DNA from: the human T2T-CHM13v2.0 reference genome, Homo sapiens | Reading direction: 5' to 3' (one strand) | Length of the DNA: 64,000 nucleotides | NCBI RefSeq assembly: GCF_009914755.1 | Contig: NC_060925.1 | Shown here: piece by piece, positions 56,170 to 64,000 of the stretch | Numbering within the stretch: position 1 is the first letter of the stretch | How the letters are laid out: each line of letters opens with the position of its first letter | Notes under the pieces: generated by a model | Database searches by the model: none | Told to the model about the DNA's origin: nothing | Seen by the model: the letters and a program-made list of their open reading frames with translations, nothing else | Position numbers and translations under genes: made by a program

Positions 56170-58189
56170 GAAATCCATCTCCAGATGAATGTTCTACTTT
56201 GACACCACAGTAAAGCTGAAGAGGCTAAAGCTAGGGCGGGTCCAAATGGGGAAGGTTCCACATAAAGCCACATCCTTGTGTCAGGTTTCAAAGTCAGAAC
56301 AAGCAAATGTCTTATTTTTAAAGGCTGATACTCTCATCTCCACCCCTAATGTAAAAAGATGTTGTCTTTCCCTAGTAGTTTTTGGGAGAGAGCAAATTAT
56401 AGCATCTTACTGTAAGGACAATAATCAGAAGCTCATCTTACCTTTGGGAAGGCTTAAAGGGTTTTATAGGGAGTCATCATTGTCACTTTATTTCTGGAAG
56501 AAAGGGCAAAATCCAAGAAGAGACTAAGTGATGTGAATAGCAAAATGGGATTTTTCTCAGAGCACTTTTTTCTTAAGATTAAGGGTCAAGGCCACACTTT
56601 TTATATTGCCAGGTTCAACTTCTTGCCTTAAGGACAATTTTCCACCCCACAACAGTGAAGATATTTTGATGAGAGTTGAGAGAAGGTGGGGAAGGTGGGT
56701 AGAGTCAGAGCAGACACAAGTGAATAATATGCATGAAAACTGACTCCATTACAAGTAGAGTCCTTAGTGTTCAGAACCAGGAGGAATACTGATTACATAG
56801 GAATGTTACAGGCCCCAGGATTCCTGTTCATATTTAATGTTTTCTCTCCATACTCTTACAAATGGCCATTTGAACATTAGAGAACAGGTCTTTAAAGAAG
56901 GCAGAGAATTGCTCCCTTGGGTATGGATCTAGAATAGAGAATAATTTGGGAGAATTGTAAGACTATTTCAATGGTCCTTATCCCCATTTTTCATCATCAG
57001 TCTTAGGACATGTATCCCATAGAGGAAATACAACTTTAAAATTAGCAAAATTCAACTTTTGAAAGTGTATTTTACTTTGTTGTCTCTCTTTGCATGGTGT
57101 ATCTTTTCCACTTGGTATGGTCCTAAAGACAAGATCCTTATGCTATCTGTACACTTACTCTATTTTAAAATCACCATCTTTTGCTCCCAGCTACTTTATA
57201 ACTTGGGGGAGCAGGGTTTGCCGTTCAAAGCTTATCTTTTACAAAAGGAACTTTAACAAGATCTCCAAAAAGCTCCCTCGAGTGGCTTTTAGATAGGCTC
57301 TTTTCTGTTTGTCTTTGTAATCAAACTACATTAGATCCTATCCAACACCCTGTCTATCTAGTATGATGCTATGATCCTAGGTGTGACTACTGAAAGTAAA
57401 ACATAATGCTTAGATCTTGATATTTATAAAAACATGATTAAAAGATATCTCTGCCTCTAAAAATAGGGTCTTGACCTCACTGTCTCAGTCAAATTCCATT
57501 TCAGCCAGTGAGATTTCACTGGACTTCCCCAGATGCATTAACAACTGCAATCAACTATGTTTTTCTTTACTTTTTCCCTTAATAGGTAGAACTGAGCATG
57601 ATCTTGGAGAAAATCTGCATACATTACTGATCTCTGAACCATTTACCCTTCACGTGCCTCTTTTTCCGTGTATGTGCCTCTTTCTCCTTGTATGTAAAAT
57701 GAGTGAAAGAAAGAGGAGAGCTAGATGATACCATTGTAACTCTTGTATTTCAAGACACTCGTTTCTGCCTTGTCTCAGATTACAATCATTTAGAGATACA
57801 GAAATAGGTATTACAGTCAGAATCCACGTTTTAGAGTATATCTGCTGACCCCATGTCTGTGGAAGATACTGAGATGCAGGTACTGAGAATGGGCCTCAAA
57901 ATTTTTCTGAAGACTGTGCTCCAGGAAGCTATGCTCAACCAAATGAAATTGGCCCTACTTGTCATCCTAGCATAGCAGGTTTCGGTTTATGAAAGACAGA
58001 GAATATGCAGCTCTCTCAGACACCTAAATATGAAGTGGCTTTCCACAGATCTCTTTTCGAAGGGTAAGTAGGAAGAATATCTTGACCTGTTTTTGTTCTC
58101 TGTGGCAGTTCCTCTAGCTCCCAACTGGATTACTTTTTGCTTGTTCTCAGAAATATGCTTCTTCTTTTGTAATCGGCAGTCGCAATGAT

Positions 58190-58540
58190 TTGTATGACAG
58201 CTGCTAGCCCAAGAGAGAGTTCCAGAAGAGGGCTACCTAACAGGTGCTGTGGCATTTAGAAGAGGAATGGAGCCATTGTCAACGCACAGCTTGCAGGTGT
58301 GGAGAACAAAGTATATATGTGTTGGAGAGGTGGTGGGTGGGAAATAAATACCCCTGCCTCTCTCTCCTCTCACCCTTTGATCTTCTGATCTTTTGATTAC
58401 TCCCATTTGATGAACCTCAGGGCAAAGGAATATGACTTAACCAATCCGTAAAGGTCAGTCCCTCCGCCAGCCCCTTCCCCAGATGCACAGAACAAGATGC
58501 AAAATGATAGACAATGGATCCGAATGAAAATATTCACTGT
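58190..58540. mobile_element. Ancient MaLR LTR (MLT1M/N-like) fragment
   Basis: Degenerate match: ctcccatttgatgaacctcagggcaaagg...aggtcagtccctcc. Confidence 0.5.
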
Positions 58541-59399
58541 AGAACTATCTATTTACAGAACTAGGAATAAACTAAAAATGATAAAAACCAAAATCATCTT
58601 AGGATAACTTTTTAACCAGGCATTATACTTTTTAAAGGCAAGACCTTTATCTTCATCTCTGACTTACAGTACTAGGCACATGCAAGAGAGGCTCATCAGT
58701 GCTGTGTGTGGAAACTAAGAAAAAAAAAGGGGGGAGCTCAATAAATATTGGCAAATTGGTTAAATGAACAAAACACATGTGAGGGGGAGGAGGGAAATGT
58801 GCAATGGGATATTTTAGATAGTGCAGAGAGTTGGGGAAAAAAAGTTTTTGAGCCTAAGAAACCCTGGAAGCATTTTTTAATTCTCTAATATATGCTTGCT
58901 TTCTTGTGGTTTGCTCTTTCCGCTAAAAAGCAGAATGCATAAAACATTGTGATTAGTTAAGCATTATTACTTAGGTTCCAAGTAATTCGTATATAAATCT
59001 AAATTACTACTCTTCCTCCGTTCTGCTTCCCCTTCTGTTTGGTCAAATCCCTGTGGGAGAGAGTAGCATTCCTGTCGTGGGTAAAATAATTTCTATGGAA
59101 AATTTTCAAAATGCAATTTCTATAAACATTATGTGAAGATATGATTTATTTCTGGATTCAGTCCTTGTGCTTGCATCATCTTCCAATTTATCATCAAGTT
59201 CTCTGTGTGCCAGTTCTGTTTTTAAGGATCTGTTCATATCAGTTGTAATCTGAGAGGGTAAACTTCCACTAGGAGGATTGAAGCAAAAAAACAAGAAAAT
59301 GTGTCCCAGAAGGCAGTGGGTGCACTGAAAAGAAGATGGGACTTTATTCCCAGTTCTAACACTGCTATAGCAAGTAAAGTGACATTGGAAAGTCCTTAA

Positions 59400-59738
<339 letters not shown>

Positions 59739-60176
59739 TAATTCAGTATGAGTCCACACAACCACTGACAGTGAAAACAGGGACATACTTCTTGGGGCCT
59801 TTCTCCTGGTCTGCATGCACAACCCCACCACAGGAGTAAGAGGCGGGGGTACACTTACCACTTACGTTGTCACGGCTAGTTATCACCTCAGTAAAAACAA
59901 GACTACCATGCCTAGTGCACAGAAGGTCACAGGACACAGGGCTGTGGTTTCTCCTCAAAGAGTGACATTCGTTTAGAACTTAGTTCATCCCTCTTATCCC
60001 AGACTGCTTGAGAATTAAGGAGGGAAGGAAAAGAAGAGGGTCTCTAGCTCTGATCTTTACTGTGTTGGGAAGATCCCCACTCTAATCCTGTTGCCACTCC
60101 TTTTTTTTTTTAAGACAATAATAAGGTCTCCTTTTCTAGAACACTCAGCTCATAAGTTTTTAGACCTGTCCTTGGT

Positions 60177-60574
<398 letters not shown>

Positions 60575-61654
60575 TTATTTACTCACCTAGCAAATACTTA
60601 TTGGGTGTCTTTTGTGCCAGGCACTGTACTAAATGCACAGAGCTGAATAGGATACCATCTGTGCTCGTCAAGATCTCCGTTTAATGAAGGAGAAGGCAAA
60701 CAACAAACAGAATTTCAAGACATAAGATGTTGGCTGTGGGTTTGTCAAAAAAAAAAAAAAAGAAGAAGAAAATTCAAGAGAAACATCTTTGTATCAGGAA
60801 GCCCTTGTGATTTCCTTAGAATCACACTTTGTCAGCAATCCTAGCCTCACTGCTTGCTGTTCGTATAACCTTGGACAGGCTTCCTAAGAGTTCTGGACCT
60901 CAGTGTCCTCATCTGAAAATGGGGGCAAAGAATAAGCTCCCAAAGTTTCCTTACTGCTCTAAGATGAGTACTGAGCTCAATCTTGAAGGAGTGTCTGTAT
61001 AGAATTTTGAATTGGAAAGAGGAGCAGGGTGCCCTTAGGAGAGAGAACTGCATGAAGAAAGCAAGGATATGCAAATGAATAGAGCATAAAGAAAGGTGAG
61101 AGTAAAGAGAATAAGGTACCGACACATCTCCCTGCTTCCTCCTTCACCCGCTTACGTGTATTTTCAATCAGCCATCAGAGTGACCTATTAAAATGTATGT
61201 CAGCTCATGGTCACTACTCTGCCCAAAACCCTCCAGTGACTTTCCATGTCATTTGGAAAAAATCCAAAGTTCTCAAAACCTATAAGACCTAAGTGACCTG
61301 CATCCCCCATCCCAACCTCTCTTTCTGGCCCTTTCCCCATTAACTTCCCCCTGCTTTGCTTTACTCCAGACATGCTGGTCTCCTCACCAATGCTCACCAG
61401 TTACCACCTAAAACATTTTACTTTATTTTCTCCGCCTCTAGAACATAAGCAGCATGGGAGCATAGCCTTTTGTCTGCTTTATTATGCATCCTCAAAGTTC
61501 AGAATGTGCATGTCTAGTAACATATTTGTTAAATGCATTTTCTTATTTACAAGTAAGGAAACTAAGATCAAAGAGAATGCAAATGAAGTCACACTGCTCT
61601 TTAGGAGAGGGTGGACCAGTATGTGCACAGATTTTCTGTTTCTCTGCCCCAAAG

Positions 61655-64000
<2,346 letters not shown>

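Overview
Human genomic DNA; a diagnostic AluYb8 at 63412-63737 marks it as human. I recognise the locus as chr1p12 WARS2. The only protein-coding sequence I can support is WARS2 exon 1 on the minus strand (51782-51871, [32 protein letters not shown] donor at 51781). It lies in a CpG-island promoter that is also used by the antisense lncRNA WARS2-AS1 (recalled, not derivable from sequence). Positions 1-51781 are WARS2 intron 1; exon 2 is not in the window. The rest is mostly retroelements: about 20 Alus, a near-full-length L1PB, a ~6 kb L1MC, L1PA/L1MA/L2/MIR/MLT fragments, a Charlie MITE, a processed RPS3A pseudogene with TSDs, and a (GATA)n STR. Nearly all ORFs in the supplied track are Alu-, L1- or chance-derived. 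I found no evidence of a new multi-gene system. The best leads are unusual retrotransposition events (a ~50-bp inverted L1 plus polyA micro-insertion, a 3'-truncated L1PB inside a TSD-like repeat, a four-layer nested insertion), candidate poison exons and an intronic polyA site for WARS2, and candidate PBX/HOX/MEIS enhancers that could act on neighbouring TBX15. Repeat subfamily calls and boundaries were made by eye and are approximate.
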